Source of the DNA: Felis catus | Taxonomy: Eukaryota | DNA: 64,000 nucleotides | Assembly: GCF_018350175.1 (NCBI RefSeq) | Contig: NC_058369.1 | Coordinates: 25,794,001 to 25,858,000 of the forward strand | Reading direction: 5' to 3' | In this document: positions 23,469 to 36,786 of the stretch, piece after piece | Layout: each line of letters opens with the position of its first letter | Numbering within the stretch: position 1 is the first letter of the stretch | Made by a program: the position numbers and the translations under genes | The notes under the pieces: model-generated | What the model saw: only the letters and a program-made list of their open reading frames with translations | What the model was told of the DNA's origin: nothing | Database searches by the model: none

Positions 23469-25681
23469 GTAATGTCACCACGTTATCTAACAATCTTTAC
23501 TTTTCGTTTCCCTTTGCCCTTTCTGCGTAATATATGCAGGATCCCAGCGTTGCACCCAGAGGAGACTTTCAGCAAGGCCATGGAAGCAACTTTTTGTGTG
23601 TCTGATTCTATTGGAAGTTTAGTTGAGGTGGTTGAATGGAAACAGAGAAGGTACTGTAATTAAATGCCTCGGGAGGGCGATGGCATCTTGATAATGTGGT
23701 CATTCCCAGTGAAATACCAAACCCTAATTCATTTCGGAAAACTAGATAGTGAAACTTGGCTTCTTGCTTCCAGTCTTTTTAGAAAGGCGAATTTGCGGTT
23801 CAGTGCTTTAGTAAGCAAGCAGCAGTTTCCAAAGCAATGCAGGGAATCTGTGGCTGGTATTACACTGAGGCTCAGGTGTCTCAGTGGTGAGATGTAGTTA
23901 ACACATAGCTTTTAATTGAGTGCAGATCAGGGTCTTCCTAGTAAGGACAGTTGTTTGTGTAAATTTACATTTTTGAAAGATTTGATACGTATTTACCCAT
24001 GAACGAGTAATTTGCAATTTTAAAAGCCAATTTCATTTAAGCACTAATAACTGTAACTTTACATTTTCAGTTTTGTTTGCAAGATGGATGAACATACATA
24101 TATTGCTTTTGAAAATCACTTTTTGATGTTCCCTGCAAGAACTTATAAAAAATACTTAATGCATGCTTACAGAAGTGATTTTTAAAAATCAGTGTTAAGA
24201 AATTAATTTATTTGAAATTATTTCCCAGTTCTGTCAATTGCATTACCTCGATGTGATAGGATGAATTTAATGCTCTTTATTTTAAGTGTGACTCTTTTGC
24301 ATTTTATATTGGTGCCCTAATTTATTCTGTAGTGGGTGCTTATATTTTAAGAATGCAAGAAAAAAAAATAAGGCCCTTTTAATTTTTAAAACTCTTTATG
24401 TGTGTGGAGAATATACTAAAGAACTGATTTTTGTCCTTATACCTCAGGTTTTAGTTAAGCTATTGTATCAGTTCCAATTTAGAGTAAGTTATGTAAGACT
24501 AATAGGAATACCTTGGGTTTCACCTCCTGACTTTTTGCTCTGAGTTAAATGATTAGGTCTTTTTTAAAAGAAGAATTTAAGTCTTGAAGAGTAGGGTTTT
24601 GAAATGCAAGAAGCCTAAGCCTAAAAAACAAAAAAAGAAGAGAAAACATTATTTCTGTTGCTACTGAATTAAGGAATTATTATATAAATCATTTTTTAAA
24701 GAAAGGAGGCAAAGATTGTGCTTGCATAATACCTATGCCCTACTCTGTGTGTAGGATGAGAACTGAAAAATATGTTAATTTTTCTGTATAACACCAGATG
24801 TTCATTTACCTATGGAACAGACCCTTTTTTTCTCCCTGGAAACTAAAATTTGGATGCCTAAAAGACTTCATGGATTACCCATAAGCATTTAAAGTGAGTG
24901 TTCACAAAACTCATCTTTCCAGCTATCAAATTCAAACATCAGTTAACTGCTAGTGTCCTAACTTAATCAGCTTTACCTTTCTGTCTAAGCTAAGGTCCAA
25001 CTTAATCAGATAACAGGTTTCCTTAAAGTACATAATCTGCAAATGCACCTTCTTTGATACACTATTCAAAGGAGACTCAGATTTTTTCTATTACTTATTT
25101 AGAAAATAGTGGTTATATGAACAGTGTGTTTCATGGCTATACTAAAACCCTCACAATAGGTTATTTTAAGATGGCTAAGGATAGATCAATAGTGAGTATT
25201 GTATAAATTGAGATGATGTTAAAATTTTTAATGGAATTTGTAATTAGAAAAAACTTTAAAAGATGTATAGCTTATTTCCATTTTCACTTTTTTTCTGCTT
25301 TAGCTAGAAACACTTCAGGACATGAAGTCATTACTTTAGGCATAGATATAATTATTGATTGTTGTACAAACTAATTTAGTTAAAACAAATAGCCTGTCGG
25401 ATTTTGCCATGTGATCAAATTGTTTTATGAATTATTTAAAATTTAGGTTTGAACAGACATGTTTTTATTGAGCACCTATTATGTGCCAGATATCCTGAGA
25501 TACACAAGTCCAAAGAAAACCCATAGTTCGACCAAATATTACTTACTGTTTTCTAAGTGTGAAATTTCCTGTTTGAGGATTTCTCCTAACAAAAGTCACT
25601 GAGCCTAATATATATTCCCAGCAAATTTCTTTGTACAACACCAGAATCCCCTCCTGCAAGCATCACCTTAGGCAAGTTTGT

Positions 25682-25972
25682 ATTTTTATTTTATTTTATT
25701 TTATTTTATTTTATTTTATTTTATTTTATTTTATTTTATTTTTTTTTATTTTTTTATTTTATTTTTTGGGGGGGAAGAGAGAGAGAGTGAGAAAGGGAGA
25801 GAACGAGAACGAACATGAGCTGGGAAAGGGAAGAGAGAGAGAATTTTAAGCAGACTCCATGCTGTCAGCACAGAGGCCTGACATGGGGCTCAAACTCTCA
25901 AACCGTGAGATCATGACCTGAGCCAGAATCAAGGGTCAGATGTTTAACCAACTGAGTCACCCAGGCACCCCC
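25682..25972 (-). mobile_element. CanSINE with an (ATTTT)n expanded tail
   Basis: Reverse-complement body with TSD caagttt(g/t)tatttt. Confidence 0.92.
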
Positions 25973-26412
25973 AAGTTTTTATTTTTCAAACGTCTTCAAA
26001 CTTTAGTTTTGTCTCCTGGGGATAATAATGGTACCTACTATTGTTTTGAGGATTGAGATAATCATGTAAATTACTGAGCACCTTTTCGGGTCCTTATTAA
26101 GAGATCAGTACTTAGGGAGGAGGGTGTTTAAGGTGGGGAAACAGGGAACCATTTAGGCAGCTCTTTGCAATTTGCTGTATTGCTGTGGAGTCTTAGGAAG
26201 GTAATGACAATTGTTTTTCTTTCATGTGATGGCATATGTAGAAATAATTTTTAAAATTGAAACAAATGAAGTTGAGAACTTTGTTCAAATTGGCACTTTC
26301 CCTGGGAGGTGGAAAATTGGAGTAATATGCCCTTCGGTTGACTTTTACCTTGTGACTTTTGCATTTGGCACTGGCCATTAAAGGAGACCCATGAAAAGCT
26401 GGAGGAAGTAAT

Positions 26413-27100
26413 GGGGCATTTGGGTGGCTCAGTTGGTTAAGCATCTGACTCTTGATTTTGGCTCAGATCATGATCTCACTGTTTGTAGGTTTGAGCCCTG
26501 CATCACGCTTGGTGCTGACAGTGCGGGGCCTAGTTCGGATTCGGTTTCTTTCTCTTTTTCTCTGCCCCTCCCTGCATGCTCTCTCTCTCTCTCTCTCAAA
26601 AATAAATAAAGAGCTAGAAGAAGCAATAAACACGAAGCTTTCTGATTATTCAAGTAATACATGTTCGTTGTAGAAAATTTGGAAAACAGGGGCGCCTGGG
26701 TGGCTCAGTCGGTTAAGCATCCGACTTCGGCTCAGGTCATGATCTCGTGGTCCGCGCGTTCGAGCCCCGTGTCAGGCTCTGTGCTGACAGCTCAGAGCCT
26801 GGAGCCTGTTTCAGATTCTGTGTCTCCCTCTCTCTCTGACCCTCCCCTGTTCATGCTGTCTCTCCCTGTCTCAAAAATAAAATAAACATTAAAAAAATTT
26901 TTTTTTTAAAAAAAGAAAATTTGGAAAACATAGGCATATGGAAATCTAGGTGACGCTTTTTTAAAAAAATATTTATTTATGTATTTTGAGAGAGAGTGTG
27001 TGAGCCTGATATTGGGCTCAATCCCATGAACTGTGAGATCGTGACCTGAGCCGAAATCGAGTATAGGTCACTTAATCGACTGAGCCACCCAGATGCCCCT
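26413..27100. mobile_element. SINE cluster: + (26413-26610), + (26688-26913), - (~26960-27100)
   Basis: Three SINE bodies. The middle one has perfect TSD agaaaatttggaaaaca. Confidence 0.9.
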
Positions 27101-28289
27101 AGGTGATACTTTTTTAATGCTAAGTGTGTGGAATGTGTTATGGTACTTAAAACCTGCTTGTTGGAGGGCAACAGCTTTGTGACAAAGTGGAATTTAATGT
27201 TTTCCCAAATCATCTACTTAGGGGTGTAGCAGTTGGTTTTTGCCCTGCTTGGATGCTGGCCCTGTGTACATCCTTCACTTCTTTTTGGAGGTCAGGCTCT
27301 TGAAATAAGATGGCAGATAATGGAATGTTTTTAATCCTTCCGTTGTTCCAAGGTACCACTGAAGAAGCAAATCTCTCTATGTGGTGGTTACATAGAAGGG
27401 ATAGTGAGTGGACTACCTCTTGATTTTAGTGGTCCCACTTGCTTTGAGGCTTTATGGACAAGTGATAGTTTAGTGGTTGATACGGTAGTCTATTTCCACT
27501 CTTACTCTAGTTTACTTAGTAATTAGTAACAAGTGGTAGTAGTAAGAGTATTCTACTTCCAGTTTCACTTTTTTACTTAAATTCTATGCATATTTTTGAG
27601 CACCTGTTCTATCATGATCTGTTTTAGTGGAGGGCACAGTGATGAGAGGGAAGAAAACGACAAAAACTGGGAAGAGATTGTCACTCCTTCTTTCTAGGAA
27701 CCTATGTTTTAGATAGAGAGGGTGAATATACACTTTGAGAATAGTTGATTGAGACAAGATAGTATTAAATAAGTTTAAATGGCAAGAGTGATGGTGTTTT
27801 AATTCGACTTTAAAATAGGGGTGGATAGTTACACACTAAGAAAAGGTATCCTTTTTTGGGTGGTTTTTGTGTGTTTTGAGGAGATGAGAGTAAAATAAAA
27901 CAGACAAAAGCAGATAATTTTGAGTTTGACATCTTCCCATCACTGATGAAATCGATTTTGTTGGATTCGAGAGTGTTTTTGGAGAGTAGCTATGGGTGAA
28001 CATCCATTCTGTGTGATGTTTTATGTTTGTATCTCTTTTTTATACTTAGTTGTCAGACCATGAAACAGAGGGTGTGTCTGCCTTATATCTGTCTCTTATT
28101 TTGTATAAAGTAGATGCTGAGTAACTGAAGCTGAGTAGATAGTTGTGGAGTACCTTAATTACCAAGGACATGGATCCATGCACTATGGGAGACCAGGGAA
28201 AGTTCTGTGCGCTGACATAACAGAACCACCATTTAAAAGTGATACAACAACAATATGTAGGGAGGCCTGGAGCAAGGGCAAATGGGTAC

Positions 28290-28570
28290 CTGCTTAATTA
28301 ACACTTGTTGTGCACTAACTATGTACCATGTCCTGTTCTAACTGCTTTACATGTTAACAGTTAATCCTTAAATAACTATTTAAGATAGGTGCTTATTTTT
28401 CCCATGTTAACCTTTGAGGAAATTAAGGCACAGAAAGATTAGATTAGATTAATTTGCCTAAATTCACATAGCTATTAAATGGTTGAGCCAGGATTCGAAT
28501 GTAGGCATTTGGACTCTTAACTCTAGAGAGTCTAGAACCCAAGCTCTTAACTTCTCTGCTATTCCAAGGC
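28290..28570 (-). mobile_element. MIR
   Basis: 'gaggaaattaaggcacagaaag...aatttgcctaaattcacatagctattaaatggttgagccaggattcgaa'. Confidence 0.75.
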
Positions 28571-31415
28571 TTTGTAACAGTTTAGATATGATGTCATTTT
28601 GTAAGGGCATAGACCAGGCTCACAGTAGGAATAAAAATGATTAAATGCCAGAAAGTGAGAAAACACAAATATATTATCTTGCCTATTAGGACTTGAGCAA
28701 AAAGAGAGGTTCTGTAAGTTCTGGAGATTTTAGGGATGATTCATGGATGAGATACAATTTGAGATAGATCTTAGGACTTAAAGTAAGGCAGATGTAAATA
28801 ACGGATGTAAATACCAGGAGGAGTTTTGGGTGAGAAGAATTACTGAAGTAAAGGCATAAAAGCAGGTATGATATGTCACATTCCAAGGACATTGCAAGGA
28901 AGCCATTGAAAGAGAAGAATCTCCAGAATTTGATAGCCAAGATAATTTCTTCTTCCCCGCATCTAAATATGACAGCAGAGATCCTGGCCTCAGCTTTTGG
29001 AAAATAGCAGATCATTGATTTTATTTGTTTGTGTATTGCTTTACCAGATTTTTTTGTTGATAGAAGTAAAAATGTCATTAAGAGGTGCTGGTTTTTGTGA
29101 GAAAGCGTTATAATCGACCAATGTTATGTTTAAGACACGTTGATGTAAACATGTTTAGAAGGCCAAGTTGTATATCCAAAACACAGATTCATTTCACACT
29201 TTTCACAATAGTGGAAAATTAATGAAACATTTTATCTATTCAAGCTGTTAAAAATATGGGTGGTGTATATACTTGAAACCTTTTTTTTTTTTTTTTTTTT
29301 TTTTCCTGCTTAGGTATTTGACTTTACTTCTTAGGTTGAATCTACTCTTTGCCTTCTCAGGCTCCTATTTGTTTTTTTCAAGTGGTATTTATGTTAGAGC
29401 TTAGTATCTATTCTCTTTGGTAAATAGGGAGGAGAGTGTCTGTCATTTAGACTTTTAAGTGAAAAGACTGAGATTGGTTCTTAATGTATGTCAGTTACTT
29501 AAATCAAGGAAAATGATGGCATTTGTTAGCTGCGGAAATGTTCTAAGGATTCTCCTGCTGGTGCTTCTCTCTCTGCCACTACAAATGAATGAACAGTTTC
29601 CAAGTCTCCTCAAAAATCTTAATTGTTGCCCTGTTAATTTTTAACTTGATGTACAAACCCATTCAAAATCTCTCTCATTTCTCCTTTTTCCAGCTCCATC
29701 TTCTCTTACTCTTTTTTTCCCTTTGCCCCAAACTCTGTGCAGTAGCTGTGTGACAGTGCTCACTGTTCCTAGAACAAGTGCCTTTTTTGCCGTTTTGTCT
29801 TCCAGAATGACCTTTCCCCTTCATCCCTCGAGGCCCAGTTCCAATGTGAAACCTTCCCTAACTCCCACTGACTAAAGAATTAATTGCTGCTTCCTTTATA
29901 CTTCCATAGAACTTTGTATATAATTTCATTATGGGACACAGACAACAAAATAAGTATAATGCAAATGTGCTGTTGCCCTGCCAGATGTGAGCTCTTGAGA
30001 ACAAGGGGATAGGCACTACACAAATGTTTGAATGAGTGATGTCTGAACAATGGAGCAGTCTGTACTTCTACAAACCCTGAGGGGGGTCAAAGGGCAGAAG
30101 GTCATTTGAGTTAGTTCTTAATTTGAGATCATGGACTCAATTACCAATAGGTAGTCTTTGTATAAATCATTCCTTATTGAGAATTTGCAGTGTGCAAGAT
30201 GCTTTGCTAAGCGTTTTGGGACCATAGATAATCTTGTGTTTGGTGATATTAATTTTGAGGTATTACATACATATCCATTCTCATGCAAAATACTACTTTT
30301 GTTTTAAGGATTTTATAGTCAGAGTACTTTCTTATTTCACTTGATATGTGTAACCCTCTTACACATATCTAGGAGGTAGGTAGAGCAGCTACAGGCTGGG
30401 TGCATTTTATCCTAAAGGAGTTGGATATTTAGAGGTTCCTGGTACAAGGTCATCTATTAGTAACTATGGGAGTTGGGACCAGAATCTACATTCTGCTCTA
30501 CTCCCCTCAGCCCCCCCGAAATGAAAGCCAACTGCTAGACATTTATTCTAAACTATCTTATGGACTGAACAGTTATTATAATGAAAATTTGCCTTTTGCT
30601 CTCTTGAAAAATAGGCTAAGTTATAATTTTCTGGGAGCATAACTGAAATCGTATCATATGACAAGACTTTTAAAGACTGTGTGAACCTGAGTTAATTATT
30701 TCTCTGAGTCAGCTAGTATTTTTTAAACATACCTCTATTACTTCCAGCAGTAAATATATTTTCTCTTAGGTTTGCATTCAGGCAACTGATTTGGATTTGG
30801 GTGTTTATGCAAATAACTGAAACAGCCTTGGAAAAACTTGCCTCCCATGTAAATCTTTTATCCTTAAGGAGTGTGGCTGATAGGTATAAAGAAGAAAAGT
30901 TGAAAAGTTTGTATAGGCATTTGAAAACATGGAAGTTTTTGGTGATTAGTACTGTATTCTTTGCCAATTATTTAATCTGGGTTAGATTTTATTTAAAGCT
31001 GTAAGAAACTTTGTTTTCTTATTTACTTATATTAAGGTTTTGTCAGTACTTTCAGGCTTATAGGTTTGTCTACATTTATAACTACTGATTTTTTTCTGGC
31101 TGAGCCAAGCAGAATGAATTTCCAATATGGACTTTTAAGCTGTTACTTCTTATTTTTTACTTCTGCAAATATCAGGAATACATTCTCAAAAATTCAAGCA
31201 ATTGGAATCTATATAGAGAATATATATGTCCTCCTGAACATAGGTACCTCCCATCCTCCTTCCCTACTACAGAAGTAACTGTTATTATTAGTTTGGTATA
31301 TAATTTTCAAAACTTTTTTCTGTGTATTTACCTACTTGGGAATGTAGGTAAAGAAACATAGTTTTCTGTTACTTTTTTTCATAAGTGATTGGGTGATAAT
31401 TTAAAATATACTTTT

Positions 31416-31600
31416 GGGGCACCTATAGGTGGCTCAGTCAGTTAAGCTTCTGACTCTTGATTTTGGCTCAGGTCATGATCTCATGGTTTATGGGATCTAG
31501 CCCCGTGTCGGGCTCATGGAGCCTGCTTGGGACTCCCCACCACTCGTCTTTCTTCTACCCATGCGCACGTGCACTGTCTCAAAAGAAATGTTTTTTTAAA
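31416..31600 (+). mobile_element. CanSINE (diverged, internally deleted)
   Basis: SINE head and tail, flanked by tttaaaat(a/g)tactttt. Confidence 0.85.
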
Positions 31601-31704
31601 ATGTACTTTTTAGCTGATGATATTAAGTGAATTGTGGTAGGCTTATCTGAAATATGTTAATATGCTCTGAGTTCTGACCAGCGTCCAGACTTCTGTAAAA
31701 GTGA

Positions 31705-31930
31705 TAGCTATCATTTATTATTTGCCAGGTGGTGTGCTAAGAGTTATATGTATTATCTCATTTAATCCTCACAACAAACTTCTGAAGTAGGTAGTATTAT
31801 CATCCTGTTTACAGATGAGAAAACTGAGGTTCAGAGAGGTGAAGGAATTTGTTCAGGGTAATAAAGATGGTAGTAGAGTCAGGATTCAGACCCCAGTCAT
31901 CTGATTGTAGAATGTGCACTTTCGACCAGT
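31705..31930 (-). mobile_element. MIR
   Basis: 'atctcatttaatcctcacaacaa...tttacagatgagaaaactgaggttcagagaggtgaag'. Confidence 0.88.
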
Positions 31931-32076
31931 CTGTTGCTTGCTACCTCAGCACTCTTCATCATTAATCTCATCACCAGCCTGTTAGTGAAAAACAGATCAG
32001 AAGAAAAAAAATGCATTAAATAAAAACCTTATTGTCTATTAATTCTTAGATATTTTGATAGTAAATCAGTTTAGTA

Positions 32077-32945
32077 TTTTTTTTTTTTAATGTTTATTTT
32101 TTGGGGGGGGGGAGGGGCAGAGAGAGAGGGAGAAACCAAATCTGAAGCAGGCTCCAGGCTCCGAGTTGTCAGCACAGAGCCTGATGCGGGGCTTAAACCC
32201 ATGAACCTTGAGGTCATGACCTGAGCTGAAGTTGGACACTTAACTGACTGAGTCACTCAAGTGCCCCCATCAGTTTAGAGTTTTAATTGAAGATTAGTTC
32301 CTCAAACAGTATTTATTAATCACTTAATATTTTACAGATTGAATAAAAACAACTCTTTATGTGTAAGGATACTGGAGTATCACTGTTCGGATACTATAAT
32401 AAACAAAAAAATGATACTTTTTTTTTTTAACATCAGATAATTTCTAAGTTTAGTATGTTTGGAGGTTGTGTTTTATTTATTAAAACAATTTTTTTTTCAA
32501 TGTTTATTTATTTTTGAGAAAGAGAGAGAGCGTGAGCAGGGGAGGGGCAAAGGGACAGGGAGATACAGAATCTGAAGCCGGCTCCATGCTCCGAGCTGTC
32601 AGCCCAGAGCCTGACGCGGGGCTTGAACCTGTGAACTGCGAGATCATGACCTGAGTCGAGGTTAGATGCCCAACTGACTGAGCCACCCAGGCACCCCAAG
32701 AGGTTGTGTTTTAAATAGAATGTGTGTGGGGGCACGCCTGGGTGGTTCAGTCGGTTGAGTGACTGACTTCGGCTCAGGTCATGATCTCACGGTTTGTGAG
32801 TTCGAGCCCTGCGTTGGGCTCTGTGCTGACAGCTCAGAGTCTGGAGCCTGCTTCTGATTCTGTGTCTCCCTCTCTCTTTCTGCCCCTCCCCCACTCATGC
32901 TCTGTCTCTGTCTCAGAAATGAATAAAATAAACATAAAAAAAATT
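32077..32945. mobile_element. Three CanSINEs: - (32077-32268), - (32490-32697), + (32728-32945)
   Basis: SINE bodies. The last has TSD ttaaatagaatgtgtgtg. Confidence 0.93.
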
Positions 32946-33189
32946 TAAATAGAATGTGTGTGTATATATGTATGTATGACCCCCCCATAAGTAAATCTAT
33001 TACAGAAAAAATGACTATTTTGTTTTTTTATTGTTTCTTGAAATATTAACTATAGTATTAGATGCTAGTTATAAAGTTCCTTCTGTTTCAAAAATTAAGG
33101 GCTGGAAAACAAGATCATGCTGTATGTTACCAGTATAGGAATGGTAGTTACGCTTGTAGAGTAAACAAAATTTGTAGTTTTGAATTTTT

Positions 33190-34192
33190 TCAAACAGTTT
33201 GCATGGTAAAACGGAATGTTATAGAGTTGCCATCTAACCTAGCAATTCTACTCCTATGTATATACCCAAGAGTAATGAAAGCATATGTCCATACAAAAAC
33301 TTGTATGAATGTTCATAGTAGCATTATTCATAATAATAAAAAAAAGTGGGAAGAACCCAAATTTACCATCAACTGATGAATGGATAAATAAAATGTGATA
33401 TACCATATAATGGGATGTTACTCAACAATAAAGTGGAATTATGTACTTCTACATAGTACAGCATCGATGAACCTTGGAAACACTATGTTAAGTGAAAGAA
33501 GCTGGACACAAAAGGCCACATGTTGTATTCTATTTGTATGAAATGTGTAGGATAGGCAATTCCATAGAGAGAAAGTAGATTAGTGGTTGCCAGGGTTTGA
33601 GAGTAACAGGGAGTGTGATGGTTAATTTTATATGTCACCTTGGCTAGGCCACAGTTTCCAGTTTTTAGTCAAATACCAGTCTAGATGTTGCTGTGAAGGT
33701 ACTTTTAAAATGTGCTTAGCATTTAAATCAGTAGATATTGAGCAAAGCAGATTATCCTTCAGAATGTGGGTTGGCCTCAGTCAGTTAGTTGAAGCCCTTA
33801 AGAGAAAAAACTGAGGTTCTTCTGAAGGAATTCTGCCTTCATAGAACCATCACACTCAAGACTGCAATAGCAACTCTTCCCTGTGTCTCTAGCCTGCTGG
33901 CCTGCCCTGCAGATTTCGGACCTGACAGTCCACACAGTCACATGAACCAATTCTTTGAAATAAATCTCTCTGTTTATATACACACATCCTATTTATTGGT
34001 CCTGTTTCTCTTAAGAACCCTGACTAATACAGAGAGTGACTGCTAAATGGTATGGGTTTCTTTTTGAGATGACGAAAATGTTATGAAATTGATTGCGGTG
34101 ATGGTTGCACCACTCCGAAATGTACACTTTAAATCAGTGAATTGTGTGGCGTATGAATTATATCTCAAAAAAGCTCTTCTAAAAAAAAAAAA
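33190..34192 (+). mobile_element. L1MB-like 3' end split by an LTR insertion
   Basis: 'agcaattctactcctatgtatatacccaagag...aaaacttgtatgaatgttcatag'. Resumes after the LTR with 'tgactgctaaatggtatgggtttctttttgagatgacgaaaatgtt'. Confidence 0.8.
33614..34031 (+). mobile_element. ERVL solo LTR (MLT2B-like)
   Basis: TG...CA termini 'tgtgatggttaattttatatgtcacc' and 'agaaccctgactaataca', with near-5-bp TSD gggag/gagag. Confidence 0.88.
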
Positions 34193-34549
34193 GAATGTTA
34201 GATGGAGTAATAGCTTAGTGAAAACAGATTAGGGTGTAGGAAGTAGAAGAGTGCAGAACAACTGTTCAAATGTGGGTGGGATTAGCAGAGCTGCTTTTGA
34301 AGTGCCATGTAGCTTAATATTTGTCACTACTTCCTTAGTGTACCTTATTGGTAGACGTTTGTTCTAAAAACTTTAGTAGATGGAGAGGGTTTCCAATGTT
34401 GAAATGTTTATTAATATGCACAGTTCTGATATTACTGACGAGTTGTAGTATCAAGGTCTTAATGTGGGAGTTGGGAAATGGTGGAAAGATACAGTTTAAA
34501 AGCTCCAGTCTGCATCTGGGAAGCGTAAGGTAATTTATTTACCAGTCAG

Positions 34550-35034
34550 TCTTTTTTTTAATTGAAGTATAGTTGACATACAGTGTTACATTAGTTTCAG
34601 GTGTACAACATAGTGATTGTACTGCTCTATATATTGTGCTATGCTGAACACAAGTGTTCCTATTACCATCTGTCACCATACAATGCTGTTACAATACCAT
34701 GTTCCCTATGCTGTACCTTTTATCTGCGTGACTATTCATTTCATAACTGGAAGCTTGTATCTCCCACTCCTCTTCATCCATTTTGCCCATCCCTCCACAT
34801 TCCTCCCCTCTGGCAACCATCAGTTTGCTCTCTGTATATATGGGTCTGTTTCCGCTTTTTGTTTGTTTATTCATTTATTTTGGTTTTTTTTTTTTGGTTC
34901 CACATGTAGGTGGAATCATGTATTATTTGTCTTTCTCTATCTGGCTTATTTCACTTAGCAAAATACCCTCTAGGTCTATCCATGTTGTCACAGATGGCAA
35001 AATCTCTCTTTTTTTTATGGCTGAGTAATATTCC

Positions 35035-35086
<52 letters not shown>

Positions 35087-35187
35087 TGTGTACACACTAC
35101 ATCTTCTTTATTCATCTGTCAAGTGGACACTTGGGTTGCTTCCATATCTTGGCTATTGTAAATAACGCTGCAGTAAACATAGGAGTG
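34550..35187 (-). mobile_element. L1 3' end containing a (TG)n microsatellite (~35037-35091)
   Basis: 'ttgaagtatagttgacatacagtgttacattagtttcaggtgtacaacatagtgatt' and 'ggttgcttccatatcttggctattgtaaata'. Confidence 0.88.
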
Positions 35188-35869
35188 TCATCAGTGAATC
35201 TTTTGGGTATGCAGACATATAGAGGGTGGATAAAAGATTATTAGAATGAATGATGTTGTCTTGACTAGAATAAATTATTCACTTATAGTTGAACTTAGAT
35301 TGTGACCATTATGCATTCCTATTCTTTAACAAGTATCTGACTGTTTAATGCTTGCATTGTGGTATAGTGCCCAGTAAGTAGCACTGAAAAATATAATACA
35401 AATAAGTCTAACAATAGAAATATTTGTTAATCATTGTTTCTGAGTAGCTAAGGGAGTGATGTGTTCCTTCCCCTAAGACTGGGGGCAGAAAATGTGGAAG
35501 GAAGGAAGAGGACTTCATAGAGAAAGTTGTTTTACATTGCTGTGTGAAGAGTGAGTGGGGTTTTGCTAGCTGGATAAAAGAAAGCAGGGCATTCTGAGGG
35601 CACCTGGCTGGCTCGGTAGAGCGTGGGACTCTTGATCTCAGGGTTGTAAATTCAAACCCTACATTGGGTGTAGAGATTACTTAAAAATAAGATCTTAAAA
35701 AAAAAAAAGGGCAGGGCTTTCCAGCCCAAGGGAATAGTATGTGTTTGAGGCAGAAAAGCCTAACAGAGAATGGTGTTTTCTGGGAAATGCAGTTGGGAAG
35801 GAGAAAATAGAGCTATCAAGTCTTTGGAGTAGTTGAGCACTGCTGGCAAGAGGGGAGGCAATGTAGCTC

Positions 35870-36320
35870 CTTTAGGTTTGGTAAACACTACAAGGTACTG
35901 GGAGGTGGCTCACCAGGACAGAGGGGGCATAGAAGCCCCTTCTCCCATACCTTGCCCATCTCTTCCATTTGGCTGTTCCTGAGTTGTATCCTCTATGATA
36001 AACCGGTAATAGTAAGTAAAACACTTTCCTGAGTTCTGCGAGTCGTTTTAATGAATTATCAAAACTGAGGAGTGAATTAGGAATCCTCTGAATTTATAGC
36101 TGATTGGTTGGAAGCATCACTAACAACTTGGGACTTTTGACTGGCATCTCAACTGGATGCAATCTTGTGGGACTGAGCCCTTAACTTGTGGGATCCAACA
36201 TTAATTCCAGGTAGATAGTGTAGAATGGAATTGTAGGACATCCGGCTTGTATTAGAGAGTTGGAGAGTGGTGTTGGAAGACACCATGCATTTGGTGTCAG
36301 AATTGTTGTGTGTAAAAATA
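35870..36320 (+). mobile_element. MER21-family LTR fragment
   Basis: 'catctcttccatttggctgttcctgagttgtatcc...aaaccggtaatagtaagtaaa...ttcctgagttctg' resembles MER21B/C as I recall it. Confidence 0.7.
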
Positions 36321-36560
36321 GTTCAAATAGTCTTATAATTAATATTCATTATCCAATACTACCTAGTTTGTAGAGTTTCCCTGGTAATAGCAATAAAAAT
36401 CAGTAGCATACTTGGTTTGCCTTTCTTGAAGATTTGAAATGAAAGGAGCTGAATGAGTAATATGATGAGAATCTAGTCAGTCAATCAGGGAACATGTGAA
36501 AGAGTGCATATTCTGCATTAGGCAAATGGGACATGATGAAGGTATTAAGATATTACTTCA

Positions 36561-36686
36561 GGGGTGCGTGGCTGGTTCAGTTGGTGGAACATGCAGCTCT
36601 TGATCTCAAGGTCATGAGTTCAAGTCCCATGTTGGATGTAAAGATTGCTTAAATAAACATAAAAGAAAAATTTTTTTAATTAAAAA
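36561..36686 (+). mobile_element. Short carnivore SINE
   Basis: 'ggggtgcgtggctggttcagttggtggaacatgcagctcttgatctcaaggtcatgagttcaagtcccatgttgg' plus tail. Confidence 0.88.
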
Positions 36687-36786
36687 ATGCTCACTTTGGC
36701 AGCTCATATACTAAAATTAGAATGATAGAAGATTAGCATGGTCCCTGCACAGGGATGACACGCAAATTCATGAAGCAGTTCATAGT
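36687..36786 (+). pseudogene. RNU6: U6 snRNA retropseudogene (near full length)
   Basis: tgctcactttggcagctcatatactaaaattagaatgata----gaagattagcatggtccctgcacagggatgacacgcaaattcatgaagc aligns end to end with U6. It shows CpG decay and a 4-nt deletion destroying the ACAGAGA box. Confidence 0.95.

Larger units (their letters stand above)
21750..23480. promoter_or_regulatory. SLMAP: CpG island / SLMAP promoter and 5' leader region
   Basis: Abrupt GC- and CpG-rich, repeat-free segment directly upstream of and overlapping the SLMAP start exon. Contains E-box CACGTGAC at 21826-21833 and YY1-like ATGGCG cores at ~21749 and 21930. Confidence 0.9.

Noticed and set aside
23469..23663. Continuation of the 130-aa ORF past SLMAP K66
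   Set aside because: This is read-through past a canonical GT donor. Similarity to SLMAP stops at 23468.
28686..29078. 130-aa minus-strand ORF
   Set aside because: It has a non-ATG start, lies in AT-rich intronic sequence probably derived from an old repeat, and has no recognisable motif.
36687..36786. Functional U6 gene
   Set aside because: The ACAGAGA box is deleted, CpGs have decayed, the upstream sequence is a SINE rather than PSE/TATA, and there is no oligo-T terminator.
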